From Candidatus Pacearchaeota archaeon (GTDB lineage Archaea; Nanobdellota; Nanobdellia; Pacearchaeales; GW2011-AR1): a stretch of DNA of 64,000 bases. A program made the translations under genes and the position numbers. The stretch covers positions 31,673-95,672 of the forward strand of contig JBAZJQ010000001.1 of the NCBI GenBank assembly GCA_041651235.1, given 5' to 3'. Position 1 is the stretch's first letter; each line of letters starts with the position of its first letter. Shown piece by piece: positions 8,418 through 17,364 of this stretch. The notes below the pieces were generated by a model. That model was not told the DNA's origin. It saw only the letters and a list, made by a program, of their open reading frames with translations, and ran no database searches.

Positions 8418-8516
8418 TATAATCTATTAAGACATAAGATTTGCGGATGAGAAGATTAAAATGGTTATTATTAATTTGATGTTAGTAGATTCTTTGATTG
8501 TTTTATTAAGATATAA
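8418..8516. repeat. intergenic repeat family copy A (MITE-like or sRNA candidate)
   Basis: tataatctattaagacataag-a-tttgcggatgagaagattaaaatgg ... ttttattaagatat. Imperfect terminal inverted repeats. Lies between convergent genes. Confidence 0.6.
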
Positions 8517-8536
8517 ACATTTTAATTTATTATTAA

Positions 8537-8803
8537 TCACAATTCAAATTCTTCGATAAAATTAACTATTGTTTTGTATTTTTCTATGAATTTAAATCCT
8601 TTTTCAGTTAGAGAAACAAATCTCTGGTTTTTTGCTGATATTTCTTTAATAAACCCTCTGCTTAATAAATCTAAATAATATTCTTTAAATCTACTTGAAG
8701 ATAAATTAGATTTTCTTAATAAGGGAGTTGATTTTATATAATTATGATTATCCTGAATTATTTTTAAAATATCCCTCATTATTTCTAGTTTTCCTCTCTT
8801 CAT
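8537..8803 (-). CDS. small winged-helix DNA-binding protein
   Basis: 88 aa. EIMRDILKII...LLRKSNLSSSRFKEYYLDLLSRGFIKE...LTEKGFKFIEKY looks like a wHTH transcription regulator. Confidence 0.5.
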   Translation of the reverse strand: MKRGKLEIMRDILKIIQDNHNYIKSTPLLRKSNLSSSRFKEYYLDLLSRGFIKEISAKNQRFVSLTEKGFKFIEKYKTIVNFIEEFEL

Positions 8804-8804
8804 T

Positions 8805-9512
8805 TTAGTTGCCTGTTTTTTTAATTACTTTAAATAGAATTAGCAAGAAAATTCCTGTTGATGCAAGATAAATAAACAGCTGGAAATTATTGAAAACATC
8901 TGGAATTAATATGTCCAGGATGTTTAATATCCAAAAAATAAATAGTAACAGATAAATCATGTATAAATTATTTTTCTTATGTTTGTTATTGTGAGCAAAA
9001 TAAAGCATTATTGAAATGGATATAACTAATATTAGATTTAATAAAAGATGGATTATAGGGTTTCTCGTTATAATACTTATCACCGCAATTAAAACAGCTA
9101 ATGCATGGAAACTATAAATTTTATTTGAATTATTTGATTTCCACATAACACTATATAACAAATAAAATATAGACATTGCACTGAAATACATAAATAATAA
9201 CAGAGTTAGATTTCCAAACTGATTAAAAACTTTTGGTGAAAAATCAATTATCCGGTTTATCCCAAAATACAATAAAATAACCTTGATAAATGACCTGAAG
9301 AAATAAGCTAATGCAAAAAACAAGAAACTTAATCTAAAATACTTTAATCCTTTGTAAGAACTTAATTCGTAAAGTTCTTTTGTTCCAAAATAAATAATTA
9401 AGCTGCATGCAATTATAATAAAAGAATATAAAATTTCTGTTCCAAACCCAGCTACAAGAAATTTATCTGCTAGTTGATTCCCTAGAATAACTTTTCCTGA
9501 AATTGGTGGCAT
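8805..9512 (-). CDS. polytopic integral membrane protein, function unknown
   Basis: 235 aa with 6-7 hydrophobic segments. No A24 (prepilin peptidase) Asp motifs seen. Confidence 0.5.
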   Translation of the reverse strand: MPPISGKVILGNQLADKFLVAGFGTEILYSFIIIACSLIIYFGTKELYELSSYKGLKYFRLSFLFFALAYFFRSFIKVILLYFGINRIIDFSPKVFNQFGNLTLLLFMYFSAMSIFYLLYSVMWKSNNSNKIYSFHALAVLIAVISIITRNPIIHLLLNLILVISISIMLYFAHNNKHKKNNLYMIYLLLFIFWILNILDILIPDVFNNFQLFIYLASTGIFLLILFKVIKKTGN

Positions 9513-9641
9513 TTTAGTTAATTATACATATTCTTTTTATATTTAAGTCTTTATAAGACCTATGGATTTTTAATCCATCTTCTTTAAATAAGAAATTTTT
9601 CTAATAAAATTATGAAATTCATATCAATGAAAGGAGGTAAA

Positions 9642-10034
9642 ATGGAAAGAAAATATGTACTAACAATAATGGCTGTGTCCCTTGTTGCTATTCTTGGGGT
9701 TGGAGCTGTTTCTGCATTTGGTTTTGGAAATGGATTCTTTAATTCTGCAACTGATGAAGAAAAAGCTGCTATGAAAGAAAACCAAGATGCAATGAGAACT
9801 GCTATTGAAAATAATGATTATGCGACATGGAAAACTCTAATGGAAGGACAAATTGCACAAATGCAATCTAAGATAACTGAAGAGAATTTCAATGATATAG
9901 TTGCAAATCATGCAAAAATGTCTGAGATGCAGTCAGAAATGAATACTTTAAGACAAAAGTATGGCATGGAAAGCGAAAATCCTGGCATGAGAGGCGCGGG
10001 AAAAGGTGAAGGGAAATGTCCTTTTGCTGAATAA
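9642..10034 (+). CDS. small secreted protein (signal peptide, C-terminal Gly-rich tail with Cys)
   Basis: Strong RBS AAGGAGGT at 9631-9638 then ATG 9642. MERKYVLTIMAVSLVAILGVGAVSA signal peptide. Track start 9612 is less likely. Confidence 0.55.
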   Translation: MERKYVLTIMAVSLVAILGVGAVSAFGFGNGFFNSATDEEKAAMKENQDAMRTAIENNDYATWKTLMEGQIAQMQSKITEENFNDIVANHAKMSEMQSEMNTLRQKYGMESENPGMRGAGKGEGKCPFAE

Positions 10035-10106
10035 AATTATTTTTTTTAATTCTTAAATGGATTTGAAGTCCATTTGGCTTATAAATAAAGATATCTAAAT
10101 TGGATT

Positions 10107-10427
10107 ATGAAAAATAAAATTGGGATTATCTTGATAGTGATTATTATTGCTGTATCCCTTGTTGGAGGATATTTCTTAATAAATAATAAACATAATCGCA
10201 CTGATTTTCCAGGTATACAAAACAATGAATTTGACAAAAAGGGATTTAATCAAACATTTAATGAAGACACAAAAAGTGAAATAATTTCTTTTTTTGAAAA
10301 TAATGAAGCAGAGAGTATAAAAGATTATTGTAATAAAAATCCTCCTTATTGCATGTATTATTGCAGAGAAATAGATTCTTCAAATGAAATCTGTTCGCAG
10401 ATGCAACCCCCGGACCCAAGAAAATGA
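10107..10427 (+). CDS. small membrane-anchored or secreted Cys-containing protein
   Basis: TATA-like cttataaataaa at 10078-10089. N-terminal TM KIGIILIVIIIAVSLVGGYFLI. 4-nt overlap with the ABC ATPase gene. Confidence 0.5.
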   Translation: MKNKIGIILIVIIIAVSLVGGYFLINNKHNRTDFPGIQNNEFDKKGFNQTFNEDTKSEIISFFENNEAESIKDYCNKNPPYCMYYCREIDSSNEICSQMQPPDPRK

Positions 10428-11116
10428 AACAGGATACGATTATTAGAATAGAAAATGTTTGGAAAAAATATGAGATGGGGAAAGCAGAACCTCTTGTGGT
10501 TTTAAAAGAGATAAATCTAGACATTAAAAAAGGAGAATTTGTTGCAATAACCGGCCCTTCTGGAAGTGGAAAAAGTACAATGGTGAATATTGTTGGTGCT
10601 TTAGACCGCCCCTCCTGGGGAAATGTGTTTTTAGAAAATAAAAATATAGAAGAAATGGATGAATCTTCTCTTGCTTTTCTAAGAGGAAAAACAATTGGAT
10701 TTATTTTTCAGCAATTTAATTTACTTCCAACTCTAACTGCACTTCAGAATGTTATGCTCCCTATGGAAATGACTGGTGAAGATGAATTAGTCGCAAAACA
10801 AAGAGCAACAAAATTATTAGAATCTTTGGGGCTGGGAGATCGATTAGATCATAAACCCAATGAATTATCTGGGGGACAACAGCAAAGAGTTGCTATTGCA
10901 AGAGCCTTATCTAATAATCCCAAATTAGTATTAGCAGATGAACCTACAGGAAATCTTGACAGCACAACAGGGAAATTTGTTATGGATTATTTAGGAAAAT
11001 TAAATCAAGAAGGAAAAACGATTGTTCTTATCACCCATGATTTAAATCTTGTGAAATATGCAAAAAAAATTGTGTATATTAAAGATGGTAAAATTGAAAA
11101 AGAGGCAAAAAATTAG
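10424..11116 (+). CDS. ABC transporter ATP-binding protein (MacB/LolD/FtsE-like)
   Basis: Walker A GPSGSGKST. Signature LSGGQQQRVAIARAL. Walker B LVLADEPTGNLD. Confidence 0.9.
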   Translation: MKQDTIIRIENVWKKYEMGKAEPLVVLKEINLDIKKGEFVAITGPSGSGKSTMVNIVGALDRPSWGNVFLENKNIEEMDESSLAFLRGKTIGFIFQQFNLLPTLTALQNVMLPMEMTGEDELVAKQRATKLLESLGLGDRLDHKPNELSGGQQQRVAIARALSNNPKLVLADEPTGNLDSTTGKFVMDYLGKLNQEGKTIVLITHDLNLVKYAKKIVYIKDGKIEKEAKN

Positions 11117-11165
11117 TGGATCTCGGGTCCATTTTATTTATAAACAAATTTTGAATGATTAAAAA

Positions 11166-12251
11166 ATGAAAAGAGAAAAAAAACATATAATAAACCTTTT
11201 TACTATTATATTTTTAATTGTAATTTTTATGAATTATGTTTCTGCTTCATATTCAGGTACTCCTTGCAGTTTAACGGTTAATATGATTAATCAAGACCCT
11301 TATCCGGCTGTCCCTAATGAATACGTAGATGTTGTTTTCCAGGTAAGCGGAGTTTCAAATACAAACTGTGAAGGAACTATCTTTGAATTAATACCTACCT
11401 ATCCTTTTTCACTTGATGGTAGCGACGCAGTTAAAGTTCTTGAAGGAAGCACCTGGACTTCTAATTCAAAAAAAGACTGGATGATTCCCTATAAATTAAG
11501 AATTGATAAAGATGCATTAGATGGAGATAATGAAATTGAAATTTATTATACTGAAGGAGATAATACTCCTAAAACTCAAATAACTAAAATATTTAATATC
11601 ACAATACAGGACTCAAGAACAAGTTTTGATGCAGTAATTCAAGAGACAAGTGGAAGTGATGTTTCGATAGCTATTGCAAATGTAGGAAAATATGCTGCTA
11701 ATTCAGTTATTGTAAAAATCCCTGAACAAGATTCATTTACAACAAGCGGAACTAATGGGCAAATGGTTGGAAATTTAGAAAGTGGGGATTATACTTTAGT
11801 TGGATTTACAATTACTAAAAAAATGGGTATGCCTAATGATTTTAAAAATAAAACTTCTGATACAAATATACAGACAAATTCTGATACATTAAAATTTGAT
11901 ATTTATTATACAGATAATATTGGAGAAAGAAGAGTAGTCAATATGGAGTTACCCTTGCAAATTGCAGGCAATTCTTCGATGGCTCAATTTAATGGAAATT
12001 TTCCTGGAAGAAAGACAAGTTCCTGGTGGTCTAATTGGTACATCTTACTGATAATTTTAATTTGTGTTATTATATTTTTCTTTATATACAAGAGATACCC
12101 TAGACAAACAAAAGACTTCTTAAATAAACTAAAAAGTAAATTAAAAAAAACATCAGAAAAAGAAGAAGAAGCAATTATTAGAGATTTCAATAAAGTATCT
12201 GCAAAAATACCTGATTGGGTTAAGAATTCAAAGACAAAGGAGAAAAAATAA
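11166..12251 (+). CDS. secreted protein with C-terminal TM anchor, ABC-transporter associated
   Basis: 361 aa. N-terminal signal/TM. C-terminal WWSNWYILLIILICVIIFFFIY followed by a Lys-rich tail. Sits between the ATPase and the FtsX permease. Confidence 0.5.
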   Translation: MKREKKHIINLFTIIFLIVIFMNYVSASYSGTPCSLTVNMINQDPYPAVPNEYVDVVFQVSGVSNTNCEGTIFELIPTYPFSLDGSDAVKVLEGSTWTSNSKKDWMIPYKLRIDKDALDGDNEIEIYYTEGDNTPKTQITKIFNITIQDSRTSFDAVIQETSGSDVSIAIANVGKYAANSVIVKIPEQDSFTTSGTNGQMVGNLESGDYTLVGFTITKKMGMPNDFKNKTSDTNIQTNSDTLKFDIYYTDNIGERRVVNMELPLQIAGNSSMAQFNGNFPGRKTSSWWSNWYILLIILICVIIFFFIYKRYPRQTKDFLNKLKSKLKKTSEKEEEAIIRDFNKVSAKIPDWVKNSKTKEKK

Positions 12252-12266
12252 ATAGTCTCTTTTAAA

Positions 12267-13541
12267 ATGAGATTAAAAAAATCTTTTCAACTGGCCCTTA
12301 ATATTTTTGTCCACAGCAAATTGAGAAGCTGGTTAACTATTATTGGAATAATCATTGGAATTGCTGCAGTAGTTAGTATTATTTCTATGAGCCTTGGTGC
12401 TCAGCAGCAATTAGAAGAAAGACTTGGAAGTCTTGGAGCAGATATTCTTACAGTCAGCCCAGGAATGTCAAGAGCACAGGGAATTGGATTTGGAGGAGGA
12501 CCTATGGAGGAAAGAAGTTCATCTAGTTCTACTTCTAGTGACTCAAAAAATTTAACTGCAAAAGATGTTATGGTTTTGAAAAGTATTTCTAATGTAAAAT
12601 ATGTTATGGGAAGTGTATCTGGAAGAGCAGATGTAACTTATTCAAGTAAAACTGCAAAAGACCAAAGCATTAGCGGGGTTGATACTTCTATATGGAAGGA
12701 AATTACTACTGAAACACTAAGTTCTGGGAGATTTTTAACAGAGGGGGATATGTATTCAGTAGTGATAGGAGAAAATTTAGCTGAATCTACTTTTGATTCT
12801 GAAATATCCATAAACACTAAAATAATTATTGAAGGCAAGTCTTTTAATGTTGTTGGAATTCTTAGTGGAGGCAGAACAATCTACATGCCTATAGGTGCTG
12901 CTAGAATAGTCTTAGAAGATGTTGGAAATAATGAATTTAATTCTATCTCTGTAAAAATAGAAGATGTAAGTATCTCTGAAGATACAGTAACTGCGATTAC
13001 TAAAAAATTAATGATGGCCCGGGGAATAGTTTCTGAAAAAAAAGTTGATTTCTCGGTTACAAATCCCTCATCAATGCAGGAAACTATGGAAGAAACAATG
13101 AATACTATGACTCTTTTCTTGGGAGCAATAGCAGCAATTTCTTTATTAGTTGGAGCAATTGGAATTGCAAATACTATGTTCACTTCGGTTTTGGAAAAAA
13201 CAAAAGAGATAGGAATAATGAAAGCCATAGGTGCACAAAATAAAGATATTTTAGCTATTTTTCTTTTAAATTCAGCGTTAATAGGATTAATCGGGGGACT
13301 GGGAGGGGTAATTTTAGGAATAATTTCTTCAACTACTATAAACAGTTTTGCAGGAATAGGAAGTTCTGTTAGTGGTCCTGGAAGAGGAATGTTAGGGGCT
13401 CTTGGGAGCTCTTCATCAATTAGTTTTACACTTATTTTTGGGTCCTTGTTCTTTGCAGTTATAATTGGGATGATTGCCGGAGCAATTCCTGCTTATAGAG
13501 CATCTAAATTAAATCCAGTTGATGCTCTTAGATATGAATAA
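12267..13541 (+). CDS. ABC transporter permease, FtsX/MacB family
   Basis: N-terminal TM. Large extracytoplasmic domain. C-terminal FtsX-like four-helix region ending ...AYRASKLNPVDALRYE. Confidence 0.85.
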   Translation: MRLKKSFQLALNIFVHSKLRSWLTIIGIIIGIAAVVSIISMSLGAQQQLEERLGSLGADILTVSPGMSRAQGIGFGGGPMEERSSSSSTSSDSKNLTAKDVMVLKSISNVKYVMGSVSGRADVTYSSKTAKDQSISGVDTSIWKEITTETLSSGRFLTEGDMYSVVIGENLAESTFDSEISINTKIIIEGKSFNVVGILSGGRTIYMPIGAARIVLEDVGNNEFNSISVKIEDVSISEDTVTAITKKLMMARGIVSEKKVDFSVTNPSSMQETMEETMNTMTLFLGAIAAISLLVGAIGIANTMFTSVLEKTKEIGIMKAIGAQNKDILAIFLLNSALIGLIGGLGGVILGIISSTTINSFAGIGSSVSGPGRGMLGALGSSSSISFTLIFGSLFFAVIIGMIAGAIPAYRASKLNPVDALRYE

Positions 13542-13585
13542 AAACAAATATAAACTCCTTTTTAGATATAATATAAAAGAGGAAA

Positions 13586-13750
13586 ATGGGATTACAGGAC
13601 ATTCAAATTTTAGCGCAGTTATCTGATAATTTAGATATAACCCTGCGAAGATTAGAAGAAGCTTATGAGAAAAAGGATAGTGAAAATTTTTTTCTTGCTA
13701 AAAAGGAGATTCTAGAGACACAGAAAAAAATCTCAGAGGTATTAAAATGA
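13586..13750 (+). CDS. 54-aa micro-ORF translationally coupled (ATGA overlap) to the TadC-like gene
   Basis: AAGAGGA RBS then ATG 13586. Translation MGLQDIQILAQLSDNLDITLRRLEEAYEKKDSENFFLAKKEILETQKKISEVLK. Stop TGA at 13748-13750 overlaps the ATG at 13747. Not in the ORF track. Confidence 0.45.
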   Translation: MGLQDIQILAQLSDNLDITLRRLEEAYEKKDSENFFLAKKEILETQKKISEVLK

Positions 13751-15117
13751 GTCTCGAAGCATTAAAAGAAAATATTGCACATTCTAAGGAGATAATTCGG
13801 GAAATATATATCTTCTCAAATCAGTTAGAAATAATACATGCTTTAGAGAGCAAAGGCAGAAGCGCTATTGATGAAAATGAGAAAAGACTTTTAGTAGATG
13901 CTATTAGCGGGTTATGGGGGCAATTAAGAATATTAAATGGGTCAATTCCCAGTTTAGTGGAGAATATTGGATTTTACAAACAACTTGAAACAACTTCTGC
14001 AAATGTTTCTGAAAGAACTGAAAAAATCCCTAAAAAGTTAATCCAGATTAAATATAAACCTGGGGAACAGCAATCGGATATTTCTTTAACTATTAGTGAA
14101 AAAGACAGAATGGCTTTCCTGGAAAATTTAAGCAAGAGCAATCTTTCTATAAATCAATTAAAAAAGAAATATGGTGTTGAAAAACCAACAGGATCAACTT
14201 TTGGGAAACCAAATTTTTATGCTAAAATATCTAATAAACTTTTTCGAGAATTTTCTAATAAGTTATTGCAAAAAGGAAAGTTAGATAAAATAAACAAAGA
14301 TTTAAGAAAAATGAATTCTCCTTTTTTAGTTACTACTTACACTTCAATGATATTTTTTACTATGATTATTACTTTAGTTGCAAGTATCTTTATTTTTATT
14401 TTATTATTATTTTACAACATTGGATTAACATTTCCATTTTTAAGTCCCTATGAGGGAGATATCTTGACCAGAATAATCCAAACTCTCTGGATAATTATTG
14501 TAATCCCCTCGACAACAGGAATATTAATGTATTTATATCCTTCAAGTGAAGCTAAAAATATTGGCGGGAAAATTGATCAAGAACTTCCTTTTATTACAAT
14601 TCATATGTCTGCTATATCTACTTCAGGAGTAGAGCCTCAGAATATATTTAAAATTATCCTTAAGAGCAAAGAATATAAGTATTCAAATATGGAATTTAGA
14701 AAATTAATTAATCTTGTTAATTTCCAAGGATATGACTTAGTTACTGCATTAAAGAAAAGTGCTAAATCTTCTCCTTCTGTTAAACTAAGGGAATTATTAA
14801 ATGGATTTGCTACTGCAATTACTTCTGGAGGAAATTTACATGAGTTTTTAGACAAACATGCAGATACGCTGCTTTTTGATTATAAATTAGAAAGAGAAAA
14901 GTATACAAAAACTTCAGAAACATTTATGGATATCTATATCAGTGTTGTAATTGCTGCTCCAATGATCTTACTAATGCTGTTTATAATCATGGGAAGCACA
15001 GGAATGAACTGGATGGGGATTAGTTCTTCAATTATGGGATTTTTAATTATACTTATGATTGCTTTCCTTAATGCTGCTTTCCTGATGTTCTTAAAATTAA
15101 AACAACCGGTATTTTAA
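13747..15117 (+). CDS. type II secretion system F-domain membrane protein (TadC/FlaJ-like platform)
   Basis: 456 aa. The C-terminal half carries the T2SSF-like domain (..ISTSGVEPQNIFKII...LLNGFATAITSGGNLHEFL...) with flanking TM helices. Confidence 0.75.
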   Translation: MSLEALKENIAHSKEIIREIYIFSNQLEIIHALESKGRSAIDENEKRLLVDAISGLWGQLRILNGSIPSLVENIGFYKQLETTSANVSERTEKIPKKLIQIKYKPGEQQSDISLTISEKDRMAFLENLSKSNLSINQLKKKYGVEKPTGSTFGKPNFYAKISNKLFREFSNKLLQKGKLDKINKDLRKMNSPFLVTTYTSMIFFTMIITLVASIFIFILLLFYNIGLTFPFLSPYEGDILTRIIQTLWIIIVIPSTTGILMYLYPSSEAKNIGGKIDQELPFITIHMSAISTSGVEPQNIFKIILKSKEYKYSNMEFRKLINLVNFQGYDLVTALKKSAKSSPSVKLRELLNGFATAITSGGNLHEFLDKHADTLLFDYKLEREKYTKTSETFMDIYISVVIAAPMILLMLFIIMGSTGMNWMGISSSIMGFLIILMIAFLNAAFLMFLKLKQPVF

Positions 15118-15118
15118 A

Positions 15119-16000
15119 ATGAAAACTGATAAAATAATAAGATTTGTAAAAATAAATAAACAAAAAATAATAGCGATAGTTATTGCTTTAATTACCGCGA
15201 TACTTTCTTATATATTCCTAAATGGAAGCGACATATTTTATTTTATCCTTGGAATAGCTTTTGTAATTGCTTCTTTGCCTTTTATTATCTCTTTAATTTT
15301 AGCAGGTGATGCAGAAAGAAAAAAAGATGAGATGTTTCTAGAGTTTGCAAGAAACTTAGTTGAGAGTGTTAAAGCAGGAACTCCAATAAGCAAGAGCATC
15401 TTAAACATAAGAAACAAGGACTTTGGTCCATTAAATCCTTATGTGGATAAATTAGCAAATCAAATTTCATTAGGAATACCAGTAAAAGCTGCATTAGACA
15501 CTTTTGCAAGAGATATTGGAAGCCAGACAATAACCAGAGCAGTAACTATTATAAGTGAATCTGAAAAGGCAGGAGGAAGAATAGAAGATATTTTGGACTC
15601 TGTTGCTAAATCTGTTTCTCAAGTTGAAATACTTAAAAAAGAAAGAAGAGCAACAATGTATAATCTTGTTGTTCAGGGATATATTATATTCATGATATTT
15701 ATTGTAATAATCTTAGTATTGCAATTTAAGGTTCTTCCAATTGCTGCTCAATTAGGAAGTGCAGATGTAGAGGGAGCTAATATTCCGGTTAGTTTGGGGG
15801 GATTTGGAGGAGGGAATGTTGCAAGTGTAGAAGACTTAACGAGACCTTTTATTTATTTATTATTAGTCCAAGGATTTTTCGCGGGATTAGTAATTGGAAA
15901 ACTATCTGAAGGAAAAATAAAAGCAGGACTAAAACATTCATTTGTCTTGATAATCTTAGCTATATTAATTTCAACAGGAGCTAAAGCATTTTTATCATAA
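15119..16000 (+). CDS. second T2SSF-domain membrane protein (TadB/FlaJ-like)
   Basis: 293 aa. DTFARDIGSQTITRAVTIISESEKAGGRIEDILDSVA matches a GspF/TadB-type domain, plus TM helices. 1-nt gap to the previous gene. Confidence 0.7.
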   Translation: MKTDKIIRFVKINKQKIIAIVIALITAILSYIFLNGSDIFYFILGIAFVIASLPFIISLILAGDAERKKDEMFLEFARNLVESVKAGTPISKSILNIRNKDFGPLNPYVDKLANQISLGIPVKAALDTFARDIGSQTITRAVTIISESEKAGGRIEDILDSVAKSVSQVEILKKERRATMYNLVVQGYIIFMIFIVIILVLQFKVLPIAAQLGSADVEGANIPVSLGGFGGGNVASVEDLTRPFIYLLLVQGFFAGLVIGKLSEGKIKAGLKHSFVLIILAILISTGAKAFLS

Positions 16001-16097
16001 AATGAAAAACTTTTTTTATATTTTTTAAGTGATGATAAAATTAAGAAAAGTTTTTTAAAGTAGAAGATAATGATTATGTTATATAAAAGGAAATGAT

Positions 16098-16742
16098 ATG
16101 AAGAATAAACTTAATAAATTAATAGAGGATAAGGGTGCACAGGCGCATGTAGAAATGATTTTATCAATTACATTGTTTGTTGGATTTTTGGTTTTTATTT
16201 TTATAATATTGAATCCATTTGGTGATTCAAAAAATGCCTCCTTTATCGGAAATGTTGAAAGAGCGGTTATGACAAACATAACTGAAAATTTTGGCAAATT
16301 AAGTATTATAATGGATGTTGCTAACACTTGTTATAGCAGTATTCCTCCAGGATATCCTGGAAACTATCAAGGAAAAAAGATTAATGACCGATTATATCAT
16401 GTTTATTTTTCAGATTCCTTTTCAAATAATCTGGGCTGTACTGGCCCCGATGGAACTTATAGCATTGGAACTTTTTCAAATGAAGAAATTGTTAGTTATG
16501 ATAATTTACAAAAATTAAAAACAAATTATGAAAATGAGTATAATAGATTAAGAACAAGTTTAGGCTTGGGAAATGAATTTACATTTACTATTAGAACATT
16601 GGAGGGATTAGATATTGGATTAAATCCAATTGTTAAAAATCCTCCAAAGGGAGTTAATGTTGAAGCAAAAGATATTCCAATAAGAGTTATTAACTCCAGT
16701 GGAGATATATCTGAATTAATATTAAATATAAAAGCGTGGTAG
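16098..16742 (+). CDS. type IV pilin-like protein
   Basis: MKNKLNKLIEDKGAQ|AHVEMILSITLFVGFLVFIFIIL class-III signal-like. Confidence 0.6.
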   Translation: MKNKLNKLIEDKGAQAHVEMILSITLFVGFLVFIFIILNPFGDSKNASFIGNVERAVMTNITENFGKLSIIMDVANTCYSSIPPGYPGNYQGKKINDRLYHVYFSDSFSNNLGCTGPDGTYSIGTFSNEEIVSYDNLQKLKTNYENEYNRLRTSLGLGNEFTFTIRTLEGLDIGLNPIVKNPPKGVNVEAKDIPIRVINSSGDISELILNIKAW

Positions 16743-16771
16743 GTGTATAAATAAAAGAATAAACAATGAAG

Positions 16772-16822
16772 CTACTGATATTAAGCTTAATCAACAGAAG
16801 TTAAGATGTTTAAATTTACATA
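16772..16822. repeat. partial copy of intergenic repeat (GATTAAGCTTAATC palindrome module)
   Basis: ctgatattaagcttaatcaacagaagttaagatgtttaaattta is near-identical to 59416-59459. Confidence 0.55.
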
Positions 16823-16845
16823 TTACCAAAATACAACAAGACAAA

Positions 16846-17253
16846 ATGGCAAAAAGATTTGATAGAAAGGCGTGGATAAAAATTGTAGAGGCATTTTTAG
16901 CTATTTTAATCATAAGCACAGCCTTGTTAGTTATTTTATCTGAACAGCCTAAAAAAATAGATAACAGCGAGGATATTTATTTATTGCAAAGACAGATTCT
17001 AGAAATTATAAGCAAAAATAATAGTTTAAGAGAAGATGTTTTGGGTTTAGATTATGCTCCCATTAATAACACCATAAGAAAAATGCTTTCACCTGCATTT
17101 GATTTTGACACTAAGATATGTGATTTAAAAGAAATATGCAATCCTTCAAATCTTCCAACAGATAAAGATGTTTATTCAACTGAAATTGTAATAACCGCTA
17201 CATTAACACAATATCAACCCCAAAAATTAAGATTCTTTGTCTGGGGAAAATAA
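16846..17253 (+). CDS. pilin-like small protein
   Basis: MAKRFDRKA|WIKIVEAFLAILIISTALLVIL. Hydrophobic pilin-like N-terminus with Glu at +6. Confidence 0.5.
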   Translation: MAKRFDRKAWIKIVEAFLAILIISTALLVILSEQPKKIDNSEDIYLLQRQILEIISKNNSLREDVLGLDYAPINNTIRKMLSPAFDFDTKICDLKEICNPSNLPTDKDVYSTEIVITATLTQYQPQKLRFFVWGK

Positions 17254-17283
17254 GAAGAGAAAATAATAAAAGAAATAATGATT

Positions 17284-17350
17284 AATAATCTCTACACTTA
17301 GATAGTTTGCAGATGAGGAGATTAAAATATTTTTGAGATTATTTATTGTG
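17284..17350. repeat. intergenic repeat family copy B
   Basis: aataatctctacacttagatagtttgcagatgaggagattaaaatat. Lies between convergent genes. Confidence 0.55.
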
Positions 17351-17364
17351 GAGAATATATAAAA

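Noticed and set aside
8805-9512. 235-aa polytopic membrane protein, considered as the missing prepilin peptidase
   Set aside because: No A24-type conserved Asp pair or GGGD-like motif is visible.
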